A stretch of 64,000 nucleotides of DNA from Bryobacterales bacterium (GCA_965222095.1 CBDCTD010000002.1:332626-396625); one strand, 5' to 3'. Shown: positions 9,823 through 19,431, counted from the stretch's first letter. Notes: generated by a model not told the origin, from the letters alone. A program made the numbers and translations.

Positions 9823-10479
9823 ATGAAAAGTAGTCTTGGTGTTGCGAGCCTGCTTCTAGCCGCAGGGTCGGCGGGGGCCGCGGACCCCGGCTGGGTCCAC
9901 TTCAAGACGGACGACGCCGAGTTCGGTGCACGATTGGTTCTCGGCCGTGATGAGGTTAAAAGCCTGCTGGGTAACGACTTGGACGGGGACTATATCCTAG
10001 TGCAACTGAACATTCGGCCGCTTTACAACTACCGTCTGGTTCTAGAACGGGATGATTTCACTCTCCGCTCTCGGAGGGATAATGAGCGGTCTAGGGGAAT
10101 GTCGCCAGATGAAATTGCCGGTGAGTCTGTCCTAGTGCTGGGAAGGCGTCGAGCGGGCTCGGGCGGGGTCTTCGGGGACTCCCAAGGTCCTGTGATTCCA
10201 GGCAATCCCGGCACGGACAACAGACCCCGGCGGCTACCTTCAGGAAACCCATCGATCGGTTCGGGCTTGTCGGCATCTGGGTCCACCGAAGTAAGCCGCT
10301 CCGAGCGCCGTCAGACGCCCCTGCTCGAACGCCTCATCGAAATGGAGCTCCCGATACAAGAAACCCGCGCTCCGGTACAGGGATACCTCTATTTCCAGGT
10401 CAGTGCGAAACAAAAGAAGAAACACATCCGTCTTATGTATGACGGTCCGGCCGGTGAGTTCACGATGCGGTTCGATTAG
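9823..10479 (+). CDS. Secreted hypothetical protein
   Basis: GGAGG RBS, signal peptide ending AGA-A, globular body with a Gly/Pro-rich insert. Confidence 0.75.
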   Translation: MKSSLGVASLLLAAGSAGAADPGWVHFKTDDAEFGARLVLGRDEVKSLLGNDLDGDYILVQLNIRPLYNYRLVLERDDFTLRSRRDNERSRGMSPDEIAGESVLVLGRRRAGSGGVFGDSQGPVIPGNPGTDNRPRRLPSGNPSIGSGLSASGSTEVSRSERRQTPLLERLIEMELPIQETRAPVQGYLYFQVSAKQKKKHIRLMYDGPAGEFTMRFD

Positions 10480-10747
10480 CCGGGTGGAAAGCAATTGCGG
10501 TTGCTACGCACCTGTCGTCTGCCCACATCCAGAAACATCGCCGATAGAGGATTAGTGTGTGGGACCGTGAACAGATCGCTCTCTGCCGAGCTGGAGTTTA
10601 TCGCTGCAAGTTCTTTAGTCTCGCGATCATCCGCTAAAATAGGCGTTTGAGCTTCATGGGACGGACAACAGCCAGGGTTGAAACCGCGCAAGATACGTGT
10701 GCGTATCTTACCGCAGATACGCTACAAGGAAAGGACTTAGGCAAAGT

Positions 10748-13700
10748 ATGCTTGGACGCCGGCTCCGGCGCCTGAAAATCGCGGCTTCGGCCTTGCTTCT
10801 GCTAGTTATCCCTGTTCTGTCGGCCATCGCGGTCGCGGCGGATAACCCCGGGGAGGATTCGGCCACCGCGCAGTTTCTGCAGGCTCCCTCGATCGCCTCC
10901 GTTGATTCTGCCTCCGACGGCAATCGGCCCGCGGCCGAGCCTTGGGTATTAGCCCAGCAAAAGAAGCCTCCCTCTCCTTTCGAGGAAGTCCCCGAGGAGG
11001 AGACGCCTCAGAGAAAACCGCCGTCGCCTTTTGAAGACGTCGAGGAGGAAGCCGAGGAGGCAGCTCCCACTGCGCGGGGACCCCTGCTCGATGTCATCGA
11101 GTCGATCCAGTTCCGCGGAACTCGGCGTATTCCCCGCGACAACCTGCTCGCTCGCATTTTTAGCAAGGCAGGGGATGTGTACGACGAAGCGAACCTGCGA
11201 CGCGACTTTATGGTGCTCTGGAACAGCGGGTACTTCGACGACCTCCGCCTCGAAGTGGAAGACGGCGACCGCGGGAAAATCGTACGCTTCATTGTCGTCG
11301 AGCGGCGCGTCGTACGAACGATTCGATACGAAGGCAACAAGTCCGCCACGGTTTCCGACATCCTCGAACGCTTCAAGGAAAGAAAAGTAGGCCTCAGCGT
11401 CGAGAGCCGCTACGATCCCACGAGGGTGCAGCGGGCCGTTATTGTGCTTCGTGACTTGCTGGGCGAGCGCGGGCGCCAGTATGCCAAAGTTGTGCCGGAG
11501 GTCCGCCAGATCCCTCCCTCATCGATCGAGATCGTCTTCAACATCGAAGAAGGTCCCAAAGTCAAGGTCGGCAAGCTCAAGTTCGAAGGCAATCAAGTGA
11601 TATCGGCTAAGGCACTGCGTCGCAGCATGAAGAACTTGCGGCCCATGGGCCTGCCGCACAGTTTCATCCTCGAGAAGATGTTCAAAAAGACGTTCGACAT
11701 TCGCAAGCTCGAAGAAGACAAAGAACGGGTGCGAAACGCGTACCAAATCAAGGGCCACTTCAGAGCGACCGTTCTCAATCACGATCTGAACGTTCGCGAC
11801 CAGAAGGGAAGACGCATCTTTCCCATTCCCATGGTGTGGAAGAAAAAGGCCAAGCTGGCGGATGTAAAACTCTTCCTCGAAGAAGGTGACCGGTACTACC
11901 GGGGGAAGCTCAGCTTCACCGATGTCAAGCTGTTCCGTACCCCCGAGGCCGTACTTGGCCCCGTCTTCCAAATGGAGGAGAACGCGGTCTTCGATATCGA
12001 AAAACTCCGCGAGGGCGTGGAAAACCTCAAGAAACTTTACGGAGAGTTCGGCTACATCGATTTTGTGGCGGAGCCGAATTTCGAGTTTCGAGACGATGAA
12101 GATCCGCCCAAGATCGACCTCAACTTCATTGCTGACGAGGGGAAGCAGTTTTTCGTGCGCCGCATCAACTTCAGCGGCAACACGACTACGCGAGACAAGG
12201 TCATCCGTCGCGAGCTCATGCTCGACGAAGGGGATATGTTCAACACCCGCCTTTGGGACATGAGCATGCTGCGGCTCAATCAGCTGGGTTATTTCGAGCC
12301 CATTGAGCCACAGGAAGGGGGGACATCGGGTTCGGCGGGGACCGACATCCGACGGGACACGCGCCAAGGCCTGGTCGATCTGACGCTCAATGTCAAGGAA
12401 AGAGGCCGCAACACGGTCAGCCTGAACGGCGGCGTTTCAGGATTCGCCGGCAGTTTCATCGGCTTCGGTTACTCGACGAACAACTTCCTCGGGCTGGGCG
12501 AAAGGCTGGGATTCGAAACGCAACTAGGCAGCCGCGAACGAGTGCTGCTGTTCAGCTTCACCGAGCCTTATCTGTTCAATCGTCCCATTCAAGCCGGCTT
12601 CACGGTTTTTACGCGCCGCTTCAGTTTCAACCAGGCGAGGGAAGCCTCTATCTTCAGCGGCGCTAACCTGATTCCCTTGTTCAACGCGCTGGGCCAAGAC
12701 AACATCCTCGACTATCGCCAGAACAGCACGGGGTTTACTTCTTTCGTCAGCTATCCGCTCAGAAAGCTCAGCTTTACGCGGCTGAGTGTAAGCTACGGTT
12801 ACAACAAAACCAAACTGACAACCTTCAGCCGGTCGGCGGAGAACCTGTTTACGTTTCTCAACTTTGAGGGAGTATCGGGGCCAAACTCGCTGGAGGGCAT
12901 AACGACCAGCGAAATCACGCCGGGCATCTTCTATAACACGGTCAACCACCCGATTACCCCCTCCTCCGGGAAGAGTCTGTTTGCCAACGTCGCCGTTGCG
13001 GGATTCGGTGGCAATACCCGATTCATGCAGCCGACCGCCGAGGCCAAGTATTTCAAAAAGGTGTCCGCGCGCGGCAATGTAATCGGCATGCGATTTCTGT
13101 TCTCGTTCCTCACAGGTTACGGCGGCAGAGTGCCGCCGCCGTTCCGGCGATCCTTCATGGGAGGGGAGAACGATATCCGCGGCTTCGAGATTTTCTCCAT
13201 CGTTCCCATGGCTTGGATCCCCGATACAGCGACAGTTCCCGTCCTCAACGGTGATGGGACCACCCGGCAGCAGATCGTCATTCGCGAGGGCATAGAGCAA
13301 CTGGTGCCCGTCACCCAGACCGTACCCATCTTCCGGCTCAATTTCCCGGGCGGTGACACGCGGTTGGTCTACAACCTGGAATACCGCATCCCCTTATTCG
13401 GGCCCGTGACCGTGGCGCCGTTCTTCGACATCGGCTTCAACAAGATTCTGTTGGAGAATCAGGTCACATTGAATGAGGGGCGCGTGGCCGAGTTGAACGC
13501 CCAGTTTCCGCAGGTCGGTTTCGAGCGGCGGATCCGGATCATTCCCGAGACACAGAAGGTGCGCGCTTCGACGGGCGTCGAGTTGCAGGTAATGATGCCG
13601 GTCGTGAACGCGCCTTTTCGGTTTTACTGGGCTTACAATCCGCTGCGGGTCAGCACGTTCCTACGGACCCCGATTGTGGCGGATCGCTCGTCGTTTCCGA

Positions 13701-13801
13701 ACGCCCAATCGTTCCTTGCCGGGATCCAACCCTTCGGCCGAATACTGCCGTTCTTTGAGAAGGCCAGGACCGTTCGATTCACGATCAGCCGAACGTTCTA
13801 A
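10748..13801 (+). CDS. bamA: Outer membrane protein assembly factor BamA
   Basis: POTRA repeats (GNTTTRDKVIRRE, LNQLGYFE), barrel motif IRGF, C-terminal ISRTF. ATG 10748 chosen; start uncertain. Confidence 0.93.
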   Translation: MLGRRLRRLKIAASALLLLVIPVLSAIAVAADNPGEDSATAQFLQAPSIASVDSASDGNRPAAEPWVLAQQKKPPSPFEEVPEEETPQRKPPSPFEDVEEEAEEAAPTARGPLLDVIESIQFRGTRRIPRDNLLARIFSKAGDVYDEANLRRDFMVLWNSGYFDDLRLEVEDGDRGKIVRFIVVERRVVRTIRYEGNKSATVSDILERFKERKVGLSVESRYDPTRVQRAVIVLRDLLGERGRQYAKVVPEVRQIPPSSIEIVFNIEEGPKVKVGKLKFEGNQVISAKALRRSMKNLRPMGLPHSFILEKMFKKTFDIRKLEEDKERVRNAYQIKGHFRATVLNHDLNVRDQKGRRIFPIPMVWKKKAKLADVKLFLEEGDRYYRGKLSFTDVKLFRTPEAVLGPVFQMEENAVFDIEKLREGVENLKKLYGEFGYIDFVAEPNFEFRDDEDPPKIDLNFIADEGKQFFVRRINFSGNTTTRDKVIRRELMLDEGDMFNTRLWDMSMLRLNQLGYFEPIEPQEGGTSGSAGTDIRRDTRQGLVDLTLNVKERGRNTVSLNGGVSGFAGSFIGFGYSTNNFLGLGERLGFETQLGSRERVLLFSFTEPYLFNRPIQAGFTVFTRRFSFNQAREASIFSGANLIPLFNALGQDNILDYRQNSTGFTSFVSYPLRKLSFTRLSVSYGYNKTKLTTFSRSAENLFTFLNFEGVSGPNSLEGITTSEITPGIFYNTVNHPITPSSGKSLFANVAVAGFGGNTRFMQPTAEAKYFKKVSARGNVIGMRFLFSFLTGYGGRVPPPFRRSFMGGENDIRGFEIFSIVPMAWIPDTATVPVLNGDGTTRQQIVIREGIEQLVPVTQTVPIFRLNFPGGDTRLVYNLEYRIPLFGPVTVAPFFDIGFNKILLENQVTLNEGRVAELNAQFPQVGFERRIRIIPETQKVRASTGVELQVMMPVVNAPFRFYWAYNPLRVSTFLRTPIVADRSSFPNAQSFLAGIQPFGRILPFFEKARTVRFTISRTF

Positions 13802-13853
13802 GAAGGGGCCTGTGATAGACTGAGGGGAATTTCACGACACTCCCGAGGTTCCT

Positions 13854-14456
13854 ATGAAACAACAAATCTTACGTAGTGTTAGCGCCTCTGTCTGCTTGAT
13901 GGCCGGTGCGGTGGCGGCTTTGGGTCAAGCCCCAAGTGGCTTAACTGCCGGCGGGAAAATCGTATTGATCGACATGAATACGGCCATTACCCAGACTCAG
14001 GAAGGCCAGCAAAAGGCCAAGGAACTGGAGGCAAAGTTCGCTCCCAAGAGTACGGGAATCAAAGAGAAACAGCAGAAAATCACCGACCTGCGGAGTCAGC
14101 TCAGTCGCGGAAGCAACACAATGAGCGACGATGCCCGCCGCAAACTGCTGCGGGACATTCAGTCTACCGAGCGTGACCTGAAGCGCGAAACCGAAGACGC
14201 CCGGGAGGAATTCGGTCAGGAACAGGGGAAGCTGGCGAATGAGATCGGCACTAAGCTCCTAGCCACCATTCAGAAGTACTCCATCGATAAGGGCCTCCCC
14301 CTGGTTCTCAACGTTTCCGCTCTCCCCAATCTGTCGGTCGTGTTCGCACTCAACGAACTCAATATCACCGAGGACATTGTCAAGTTGTACGATCAGGAGC
14401 ACCCAGTCCCTGGTTCGTCTTCTTCCCCACCAGCGGCGGCCCCGAGTTCCCCGTAG
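13854..14456 (+). CDS. skp: OmpH/Skp periplasmic chaperone
   Basis: Signal peptide, KIVLIDM motif, long coiled coil, NITEDIVKLYD; directly after bamA. Confidence 0.85.
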   Translation: MKQQILRSVSASVCLMAGAVAALGQAPSGLTAGGKIVLIDMNTAITQTQEGQQKAKELEAKFAPKSTGIKEKQQKITDLRSQLSRGSNTMSDDARRKLLRDIQSTERDLKRETEDAREEFGQEQGKLANEIGTKLLATIQKYSIDKGLPLVLNVSALPNLSVVFALNELNITEDIVKLYDQEHPVPGSSSSPPAAAPSSP

Positions 14457-14585
14457 CGGCCGTGTGCCTGACGTCCCCCGACACCCCAGCCCCAACCCCG
14501 CTTCTCGATCAGAACAGTATGCCGGCGCTTCCGAACTAGTACAAGGTCTATAAGCAGCCAGTACTGGAACACCCTTTCGTGGCAC

Positions 14586-14768
14586 GGGGAGCTGCCGATC
14601 TTACCGCGGGCCCATCCCCGCTGGTGGCGAACAGAATTGGGTACCGCTCAAACCCACTCTTGCGGGCGAATTCGAACCGAACAATCCCAGGGTGGGCATC
14701 TGGCGCCGTAACCGATCATCCCGGGCCACGTCTATCCAATTGGGGGGCATGGGTACGGCCTGTCCCCC
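14586..14768. ncRNA. Putative 6S-like rod-shaped structured RNA (183 nt)
   Basis: Nested end-to-end pairing: GGGG 14586/CCCC 14764, GCCG 14594/CGGC 14756, TACC 14602/GGTA 14752, GTGGC 14624/GCCAC 14725, CCCACTCT 14653/AGGGTGGG 14689, with an unpaired central zone. Strand not resolved. Confidence 0.5.
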
Positions 14769-15079
14769 ATTAGCTCGACCCGTTAGTGGTCGGTCTTCTC
14801 CTTCTCCGCCGTTGGCGGGGGTGGCTGTGGCCGGACAGGTGGCCGCTTGCGGCCATCGACACTAGCCTCCTCATCGGTTCTGGCCACAGTCATCCCCGCC
14901 CCGATCGCCTTGCCGGGTGCGCAGGGTTCAGGGCCCGATGGGTATTCCACCGGCTCCCTTTCCCGACCTTTGACGGTCAATTATTGGAGATCTTGTTAAC
15001 ATGGTAAGAGAAGGTCCGCAAGCAGCCCGGCTCGTGGTTCGACGGATCGTACCGCAAGAGAATCCGATGGGTAGAAGGA

Positions 15080-15775
15080 ATGGGCAAAGTCGAGTCCCCG
15101 GAAACAGAGAATCCGCAGAAACAGGCTGAGCCGGCCGAGGAATCTCAGCCCGACCACGAAGAATCCGCCCGCAGTCAGAACGAGGTCGACGGCGCCGGCT
15201 CGAACGGCTCGGCGCCCGAGGAAGAAGTTGCACCTCAGCCCGGCGGCGCTGAGGCGGACGGCGAGTCCCCCCTCGCTGCCGCGGTCGCCGAGAGGGATCG
15301 GGCCGTGGCCGAAAAGGCCGAGCAGTTTGAGCGGTTCCAGCGCGCCCAGGCCGAATTTGAGAACTTCCGCAAACGACTCTTGCGGGAGAAGGAAGAGGCC
15401 CACGAGTACGCGGCGATGGGAACAATCGAGTCGCTGTTGCCCATCCTCGATGATTTCGAACGCGCTCTAAACGCTCCTGGGCTCGACGCTGAGTTCCGCG
15501 AGGGATGGGACCTGATCTACCAGCGGATGTTCGAAGTCTTCACGCGTGCTGGTTTGAAGCCGGTTGAAACGGAAAACACTAAATTCAACCCCTATTTCCA
15601 CCACGCTCTTGACCGCGAACCGGCCGAGAACGACGAGCAGGACCAGACGATCCTGGAAGTTTACCAGCGGGGGTATCACTTCAAAGACCGCCTGCTGAGA
15701 CCGGCCATGGTCAAGGTAGCCGTGAAAGAAGCCACCGAGCAGACGAAGGACGAGCAAGAAGAAAAAGAAGAGTAG
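15080..15775 (+). CDS. grpE: Nucleotide exchange factor GrpE
   Basis: RAQAEFENFRKR, LLPILDDFERAL, FNPYFHHA, YQRGY..LLRPAMVKV. Confidence 0.95.
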   Translation: MGKVESPETENPQKQAEPAEESQPDHEESARSQNEVDGAGSNGSAPEEEVAPQPGGAEADGESPLAAAVAERDRAVAEKAEQFERFQRAQAEFENFRKRLLREKEEAHEYAAMGTIESLLPILDDFERALNAPGLDAEFREGWDLIYQRMFEVFTRAGLKPVETENTKFNPYFHHALDREPAENDEQDQTILEVYQRGYHFKDRLLRPAMVKVAVKEATEQTKDEQEEKEE

Positions 15776-15972
15776 GCGACTGTTCTGGAGACGAGTTAGC
15801 TATAGATTCGCAAATGTCGGGCTCTGAAAGGCCCGACACAGCACTCTGAACGCGCGTGCGTCGCGTCGTCAGGACGATGAGAGTCTTGACTGGGACAGCT
15901 TACTAGGCAACAGGGCGGCGGCAATAGCAGCGGCACCGACCGCGACGGCGCAGCGAGGCGCGACTTAAATCC

Positions 15973-17091
15973 GTGGCAAACAAACGGGACTTTTACGAAG
16001 TGTTGGGTGTTGAGCGTGGCGCCAGGGAAGACGCGATCAAGAGCGCCTATCGCAAGCTGGCGCTGAAGTATCATCCTGACCGCAACCCCGACAGCTCGGA
16101 AGCAGAAGACAAATTCAAGGAGGCGGCCGAAGCCTACAGCGTGCTGAGCGACGCCGAAAGGCGCAGCCGCTATGACCGTTTCGGGCATGATGGGCTTGCC
16201 GGCGCAAGCGGCGGCGGATTTGACCCACGAGACTTCAGCGATTTCGCCGACATTTTCGGGGACTTCTTCGGCTTCGGTGATCTGTTCGGGGGACGGCAGC
16301 GTAGGGCCAGGCCACGACGCGGCACCGACCTGCAGTACGACCTGGAAGTGGATTTCGAAGACGCCGTCTTCGGCCTCAGTACTGAGATCCAGTTCCCACG
16401 CAACGAAGCCTGCAGCGAATGCCAGGGGTCCGGGGCGGCGGCGGGCAGCGGCCCGAGGACTTGCTCCACCTGCAGCGGTCGCGGACAGGTCTACTACCAG
16501 CAGGGGTTTTTCTCGGTGGGCCGCACCTGCTCGGCGTGCCGGGGTTCGGGCCAGGTGATCGAGAGACCCTGCGGCACCTGCGGGGGGCAAGGGCAACTCC
16601 GCAAGCAACGCAAGCTGAAGGTGAACATCCCCCCGGGCGTCGACAGTGGCACCCGACTGCGCCTCGGCGGCGAAGGAGAGGCAGGATCAGTCGGCGGCCC
16701 ACCCGGTGACTTATACGTCGTGCTAGGGGTGCGCGACCACCCGATCTTCGAGCGAGTGGAAAACGATCTGCACTGCGAAGTGCCGATCAACGTGGCACAG
16801 GCTGCGCTGGGATCCCAGATCAGCGTACCGTCACTCGAGGGACCGTCCCAGCTGAAGATTCCACCAGGTGCTGAGACTGGCCGTCAATTTCGTCTTCGCA
16901 ATCGGGGAGTGGCTCATGTACAAAGCGGCCGGCGAGGCGATTTAGTCGTGCACATCAAAGTCGTGGTTCCTTCCAAACTAACCAAAGAGCAGCGCAAGTA
17001 TTTCGAATCGTTGCTTGAGGTCCTGCCGGTCGACAACTCCCCTACGGAAAAAGGCATCTTCGACAAGGTTAAAGACTACTTCACGAACTGA
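15973..17091 (+). CDS. dnaJ: Molecular chaperone DnaJ
   Basis: J domain with HPD, G/F region, four CxxCxGxG repeats, C-terminal domain. GTG start. Confidence 0.97.
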   Translation: MANKRDFYEVLGVERGAREDAIKSAYRKLALKYHPDRNPDSSEAEDKFKEAAEAYSVLSDAERRSRYDRFGHDGLAGASGGGFDPRDFSDFADIFGDFFGFGDLFGGRQRRARPRRGTDLQYDLEVDFEDAVFGLSTEIQFPRNEACSECQGSGAAAGSGPRTCSTCSGRGQVYYQQGFFSVGRTCSACRGSGQVIERPCGTCGGQGQLRKQRKLKVNIPPGVDSGTRLRLGGEGEAGSVGGPPGDLYVVLGVRDHPIFERVENDLHCEVPINVAQAALGSQISVPSLEGPSQLKIPPGAETGRQFRLRNRGVAHVQSGRRGDLVVHIKVVVPSKLTKEQRKYFESLLEVLPVDNSPTEKGIFDKVKDYFTN

Positions 17092-17112
17092 GCGAGTACT
17101 GATCCCGTACGC

Positions 17113-17136
17113 GAGCGCGATGAATTGCGCCCCTAC
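17113..17136 (-). repeat. GTAG-type REP palindrome
   Basis: Reverse complement reads GTAGGGGCGCAATTCATCGCGCTC; 21 nt after the dnaJ stop. Confidence 0.7.
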
Positions 17137-17253
17137 TTGAGTGCAGGGAAGACTCTCGGCCCGGGTAGGGGTGTGATTCATAGCGCCCGGCTTGGGCCAT
17201 CGATTCCTTTACGCCTCCGAGTCGTCGTCGAGCTCGTTGAGTATGATGAAGGC

Positions 17254-17715
17254 GTGCCCTTCTCATTCGGCGGCCAGCTGCTTCCTGTCGGTTCCCAAGC
17301 GCCCGGTTTTCAGCTTCCTGACGAGGCCGGCAATGTCATTCGGCTGTCCGATTTCCACGGTGGCCGCCCAGTAGTGCTTGTCTTCTACGTCATGGACGCA
17401 ACGCCCGGCTGACGCAAGCAACTATGTCAGTTGCGGGACAACTGGGCGGCCTTCAAGGAGCACAGCATCACACTGTTCGGCGTTAACCCCGGCAGCGCCC
17501 GCAGACATCAGAAGTTCAAAAGCGCTCACCAGTTTCCGTTCCCGTTGCTGGTTGACAAGGGAAGAAAGGTTGCCGCTCGCTACGGCGCGGGCGGGTTTCT
17601 TGTCAAACGGACTGTCTACGGTGTCGGGATCGACGGGCGCGTCCGCTTCGCGGAGCGCGGCATGCCGTCCCCGGAGAGAATCCTGGCGGCCGTCAAGGAC
17701 GCTACAGTCGGCTAG
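17254..17715 (+). CDS. bcp: BCP/PrxQ peroxiredoxin with in-frame UGA at the peroxidatic position (probable selenoprotein)
   Basis: ORFs 17125-17412 and 17431-17715 share a frame. Joined they read ...APGFQLPD...VVLVFYVMDATPG-(TGA 17410-17412)-RKQLCQLRD...FPFPLLVD...VKRTVY, i.e. TPGC-x4-C of BCP with C replaced by UGA. Confidence 0.8.
17413..17445 (+). promoter_or_regulatory. Candidate bacterial SECIS element
   Basis: Hairpins immediately 3' of the UGA: GCAACT-atgtc-AGTTGC (17418-17434) and CAGTTG-cggga-CAACTG (17428-17444), both with G-containing loops. Confidence 0.55.
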
Positions 17716-17727
17716 CCCGCTTTGTGA

Positions 17728-17875
17728 CGGCGACCAGAGGCCGCTTCCCGGGGGACTTCTCGCAACATCCCCTTTTCATAGTCAATTCCGGCCGGGACGC
17801 AGCCGACCGGGGCTAGCGGGCAACGGCGACCAGAGGTCGCCGCCGCGGGCCGGAAGCCCGCGCCACAGGGTGTCA
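17728..17875. repeat. REP-like palindrome cluster between convergent genes
   Basis: ACGGCGACCAGAGG(C/T)CGC occurs twice (about 17728 and 17823; the second is the full GGCGAC-cagag-GTCGCC hairpin), plus GCGGGC-cggaa-GCCCGC. Confidence 0.5.
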
Positions 17876-17934
17876 CCGTCTCTCAATCGTCAGGTGCGAC
17901 GCGACGTACCCCTTCCAGGGACGTGAATGGAGAC

Positions 17935-18225
17935 TCAACTTCGGGCGCGGCGACGGCGCGGGCCTTTGTTGTGCTCTGACGAACGAGCTTCGTTTACGCG
18001 GAGAACTTTGTCTTCGAGCGGAGCGCGATTGAAGCGCTTGATAACCGCCTTTACGTCCTCGTCGGAAGCGGCTTCTATAAAAGCGTAGCCTTTCGATTCC
18101 TGCGTTTCGAAGTCACGAATGACCTTTACTTCATCGAAGATGATTTCTTCGCTGCTCAACCAGCCCTCGATCTCTTCGGCAGTGACCCAGTTCGGGAGGT
18201 TCCCCATAAAGACAGTCCTTGGCAT
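17935..18225 (-). CDS. RNA-binding protein (single RRM)
   Basis: RNP2 VFMGNL, RNP1 KGYAFIEA, LRVNEAR and a basic tail; ATG 18225. Confidence 0.88.
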   Translation of the reverse strand: MPRTVFMGNLPNWVTAEEIEGWLSSEEIIFDEVKVIRDFETQESKGYAFIEAASDEDVKAVIKRFNRAPLEDKVLRVNEARSSEHNKGPRRRRARS

Positions 18226-18441
18226 CCAAGATTCCCTTCGATAATGAGATGTTCTGTCGATATTATCGTGGGTCGGATCTGAGAAACGCAATCGCCGCGG
18301 TCGTCTTCCTCGCCTCGTGGCCCCACAGCAGGAAACCCGGTCCGCAGGTGGCGGACGCGTTGTTGGAAGCCGCGCCCCCGGCCCGACTGGGCTTCGGTCG
18401 CCGACCGGCCGGTACTCGAGGGGAGGCTGCTCAGACGGCTG

Positions 18442-18597
18442 TCAGCAGCCCTTGGTGAAAGTACTTGTCGCGAAAAATAGGGTATAGCCAGCCAATTCGC
18501 TTCAGGCTAAGCACTTTGTTTCTAGGGCCATGACAGGGGCGAATTGGTGGCAGTCCCCATTTTTCGCTCCCGCACGACTCTTGCGACGGGCTGCCAG
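18442..18597. mobile_element. 156-bp MITE-like element, copy A
   Basis: Imperfect terminal inverted repeats CAGCAGCCCTTG / ACGGGCTGCCAG; the interior is largely identical to 46641-46796 (AGCCAGCCAATTCGCTTCAGGCTAAG, GGTGGCAGTCCCCATTTTTCGCTCC). Confidence 0.7.
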
Positions 18598-18681
18598 CCC
18601 AAGTAAGCCACTGATTCTTATAGCACTTCCGAAGCCAGATCTTGACCAGCCGGATCAAGCACGTCATCCCTGAACCGGCTC

Positions 18682-19431
18682 TTACACCCTGAAAGGATTG
18701 AGGCTGACACCTTCATCGAAGGTGTCTACGCCTTCGGCTCGCTTTAGGCGGTTGACAATCAAGTAGGTAACAGGGGTAGCAAGGGCCTCGTAGCTGACTT
18801 TAAACACATAGCCGGTGAACATGAGATTCAACATTGTGCGGAATTCGTGAATGCCAATGAAGACAATTGTGATCACAACGACCGTGTCGACTAACTGACC
18901 CACAACAGTCGAGCCGATGGTGCGTGTCCAAAGCAACTTCCCCTTGGTAACAAGCTTCATCTTCGACATCACGAGGGCATTGGCGAATTCGCCGCACCAG
19001 TATGCGACCAGGCTGGCAGCAAGAACACGTGGCACGAAGCCGAACACCTGCTCGAATGCTTCTTGGTTCTTGAACTCCGGCGCCGCCGGAAGACTTGTGG
19101 TGATCTGCGCCATCGCCGCCAGCAACGCCGCCGAGAAAAACCCGATCCAGATGGCTCGTCGCGACGCGCTATAGCCATAGACCTCGACGAAGATGTCGCC
19201 GAAAATGTAGGTTATCGGAAACAGGATCATCGCGCCGCTGATGTAAAACGGACCCAACTCCCATTCGAAGAGTGTAAACGGTCCGATGGCGCATACCTTT
19301 TGGGCAACCAGATTGGAAACCAGCAGAACTACCACGAAAACGTGCACGAGCAGATCGTAGTAGCGGAACGGGTTTCGGGCAGTGAGAGTCTTCGCCACGG
19401 CTGACAAAGGTTTCGAGATCGGTTCAGGCAT
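18682..19431 (-). CDS. yhhQ: Queuosine precursor transporter (VUT/YhhQ family)
   Basis: SNLVAQK, FPITYIFGDIFVEVYG, RTIGSTVVGQLVDT motifs; polytopic membrane protein. Confidence 0.88.
   Translation of the reverse strand: MPEPISKPLSAVAKTLTARNPFRYYDLLVHVFVVVLLVSNLVAQKVCAIGPFTLFEWELGPFYISGAMILFPITYIFGDIFVEVYGYSASRRAIWIGFFSAALLAAMAQITTSLPAAPEFKNQEAFEQVFGFVPRVLAASLVAYWCGEFANALVMSKMKLVTKGKLLWTRTIGSTVVGQLVDTVVVITIVFIGIHEFRTMLNLMFTGYVFKVSYEALATPVTYLIVNRLKRAEGVDTFDEGVSLNPFRV

Noticed and set aside
14580-14597. Sigma-54 promoter TGGCACGGGGAGCTGC
   Set aside because: GG-to-GC spacing is 11 rather than the strict 10, and the sequence is part of the RNA closing stem.
14783-14980. 65-aa minus-strand ORF between the RNA and grpE
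   Set aside because: Pro/Arg-rich low-complexity sequence, weak TTG start, no RBS, no recognisable motif.
15838-15866. CIRCE operator upstream of dnaJ (CAGCACTC...)
   Set aside because: Only the left half resembles TTAGCACTC; there is no GAGTGCTAA at 9-nt spacing and no hrcA in the window.
17410-17412. Treating the peroxiredoxin as two short ORFs or a plain pseudogene
   Set aside because: The stop falls exactly on the catalytic codon, is UGA, and is followed by hairpins with no other lesion, so Sec is more parsimonious, though not proven.
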